From a virus, in the UHGV virus genome UHGV-1361255: a stretch of DNA of 55,716 nucleotides. One strand, 5' to 3'. The notes below the pieces were generated by a model. It was not told the DNA's origin and did not search any database. It saw only the letters and a program-made list of their open reading frames with translations. A program made the position numbers and the translations under genes. Shown here in pieces: positions 54,192 through 55,716 of the stretch (position 1 is its first letter; every line of letters starts with the position of its first letter).

Positions 54192-54537
54192 ACGTCCATG
54201 CCGCCACCGGGGGTGTGCGGCGATAACCAACGATCCCAGCGGCTATTGCGATGCTCACCGGCAGCAACATGCTGGCGACGGCTGGCGCAACTACCAGGGC
54301 GGGAAAAGCCGGCATGAAAGGGGCTACGGTCGCCCCTGGGAAATCCGCCGCGCCAGAATCCTCCAGCGCGATAAATATCTATGCCAAAACTGCCGGCGTC
54401 ATGGCATCGCCACCAAAGCGACCAGCGTCGACCACATCATACCCAAAGCGCATGGCGGTACAGACGACGATTCCAATCTGGAGTCGTTGTGCTGGCCCTG
54501 CCATAGAGCGAAAACAGCAACAGAGAGAACCCGATGA
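54175..54537 (+). CDS. HNH endonuclease (terminase-associated)
   Basis: C-x2-C...HIIPKAHGGTDDDSNLESLCWPCHRAKT; upstream of terS as in HK97-like cos phages. Confidence 0.75.
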   Translation: MPARSKRPCRHRGCAAITNDPSGYCDAHRQQHAGDGWRNYQGGKSRHERGYGRPWEIRRARILQRDKYLCQNCRRHGIATKATSVDHIIPKAHGGTDDDSNLESLCWPCHRAKTATERTR

Positions 54538-54818
54538 ATAATTTTAAAATTGAATACGTTGATGGCGCTTTGACCGTTCTGGAGACGGATGGTCATTCAC
54601 GGATGAATGAAGCCGTACATGGCATCCATTTTGAGCATGTCCAGGGCGGTCGCCCACTGCTGAAACTGACGATTGCGCATGATATTGCCCCGGCCTCGAC
54701 TCCGGCCCCGGCTGCTGCGTCGGCTCAGGAACCTTTAGAGGGTGAGCTGGTACAGGAGCAACAATCCCCGCTGCCTGGCGGTCGCCGTTCCCGCCATCGC
54801 CGTGGAGGTAAGCAATGA
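54534..54818 (+). CDS. hypothetical protein (94 aa)
   Basis: ORF track; start overlaps the HNH gene stop. Confidence 0.35.
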   Translation: MNNFKIEYVDGALTVLETDGHSRMNEAVHGIHFEHVQGGRPLLKLTIAHDIAPASTPAPAAASAQEPLEGELVQEQQSPLPGGRRSRHRRGGKQ

Positions 54819-55246
54819 TGTATCAACGCACGGATCTGACGCTCTCCATGTTCTATGCATCCAGCGCTGATGCAGACGGGAACAAAGTGGCTACGTTGAC
54901 GATGCAGGTAATTGCGGCAGAGGTTGGCGCCGTCCAGACCAGTCAACTGCTATGCATCACCGATAGCGCGAAGAAAAAAACGTATACCGTGGGCGAGCAA
55001 TCTATCAGTAATGGTTCCGATCCGTTGCTGGTCGCGATTGAGAATTACTGGCGCCAGAGTACGGATGTCGTGGTTAAAGGACTGATCGCCGAGGTGACCG
55101 ATTTCATCGCAGGGAATATCAACTCAGTGAGCACCTGGATCGGCCAGTTTGGGATGAAGGTATTCGAGAACCAGCCATTAGCTGAGCGGTTGCCAGAAAG
55201 CGTGCTACAGGCTGATGGTAGCTCCACTACAGCGACAGGGTCCTGA
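54815..55246 (+). CDS. hypothetical protein (143 aa)
   Basis: ORF track; overlapping start. Confidence 0.35.
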   Translation: MMYQRTDLTLSMFYASSADADGNKVATLTMQVIAAEVGAVQTSQLLCITDSAKKKTYTVGEQSISNGSDPLLVAIENYWRQSTDVVVKGLIAEVTDFIAGNINSVSTWIGQFGMKVFENQPLAERLPESVLQADGSSTTATGS

Positions 55247-55328
55247 CAGCAGGCATTACAACAGGCGCTCACAGAGCGCCTGTGATAATGGCTGAATGCT
55301 TCACCAGCGCGGCGTTTTATGGGAGGTC

Positions 55329-55532
55329 ATGATGAGTTACACCAGCTGTACTTATTGCGGTTCACGTCTCCATACGCGGGCTAACTGCCCGAAAACATGG
55401 GGCGGTTCATCGCGTCGCGCCAATCTGCGCTGCAGCTATTGTGGCCAGTCCGGGCATAACTCGAATGCCTGCCCACATAATGCGAGCAGCAGTCGACGGC
55501 GCAGCCTGAATGACGACTTTACCCTCGACTGA
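55329..55532 (+). CDS. small protein with two CCHC zinc knuckles
   Basis: CTYCGSRLHTRANC and CSYCGQSGHNSNAC (both C-x2-C-x3/4-H-x4-C); GGGAGG RBS at 55321. Confidence 0.4.
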   Translation: MMSYTSCTYCGSRLHTRANCPKTWGGSSRRANLRCSYCGQSGHNSNACPHNASSSRRRSLNDDFTLD

Positions 55533-55544
55533 ACCGATAGCACG

Positions 55545-55716
55545 ATGGCAGCAGGCGGAATTGATTTCAATGTGAAATTATTCAATGTCAAATCATCGCA
55601 TTGCGCGATGATGATAATAGATATCATTTGAGGGGGTAGGGGGGGTCAAATCCCTAACCCCTTTCGCGCTTCGGGACTGCCGCTTCAGGTAGATTTTTGC
55701 GCGTGAGAAATAAAAA
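55545..55716. promoter_or_regulatory. candidate cos/packaging region (right genome end), probably continuous with bases 1-31
   Basis: direct repeats ttcaatgt x2, inverted repeat tcatcgc-attgc-gcgatga, G-rich imperfect palindrome ggggtaggggggg...ccctaacccc; lies between the last ORF and terS if the molecule is circularised. Confidence 0.3.

Noticed and set aside
1-55716. Integrase/attachment site, tRNA genes, and CRISPR-Cas or other canonical defence operons
   Set aside because: I saw no tyrosine or serine recombinase other than the protelomerase, no tRNA-like cloverleaf and no cas-like genes. The absence of an integrase fits the linear plasmid-prophage lifestyle.

Overview
The window is essentially a complete N15/phiKO2-like linear plasmid-prophage (phage-plasmid) of Enterobacteriaceae, laid out in virion order. 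The left arm carries the structural module: small and large terminase, portal, prohead protease, HK97-type major capsid, connector and tail genes, and a G/G-T chaperone pair made by a -1 frameshift. It continues with the tape measure, lambda-like M, L, K and I tail-tip genes, a 4195-aa J-like tip protein and a second fibre with a C-terminal S74 chaperone domain. The plasmid core follows: the sopBA partition operon, a 54-bp perfect-palindrome telomere resolution site, a 640-aa protelomerase, an antirepressor operon, a 1329-aa RepA primase-helicase and the cB/cro immunity switch. Beyond these are late accessory genes, a higBA-type toxin-antitoxin pair, a DNA methyltransferase, a holin/endolysin/spanin cassette, and an HNH endonuclease next to the terminase. 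There is no integrase and no tRNA, consistent with a linear plasmid prophage. The protelomerase matches my recollection of Klebsiella phiKO2 TelK, which needs a database search to confirm.

The observations I rank highest:
- Two paralogous ~700-bp RNA-based regulatory modules in inverted orientation (about 36246-35479 and 50640-51363). Each has a promoter, a ~76-nt terminated small RNA, a structured leader whose three 7-nt boxes co-vary between the copies, and coupled 54-aa and ~75-aa ORFs. They look like P4 CI / N15 cA / P1 c4-type antirepressor switches, present twice with different specificity.
- The second module is interrupted by an intact IS200/IS605-family tnpB.
- Six dispersed F-sopC-like centromere palindromes, one ending a 6 x 27-bp coding tandem repeat.
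- An AT-rich membrane-protein moron between tail genes K and I.
- A ~3000-aa modular insertion in the J-like tail tip protein.
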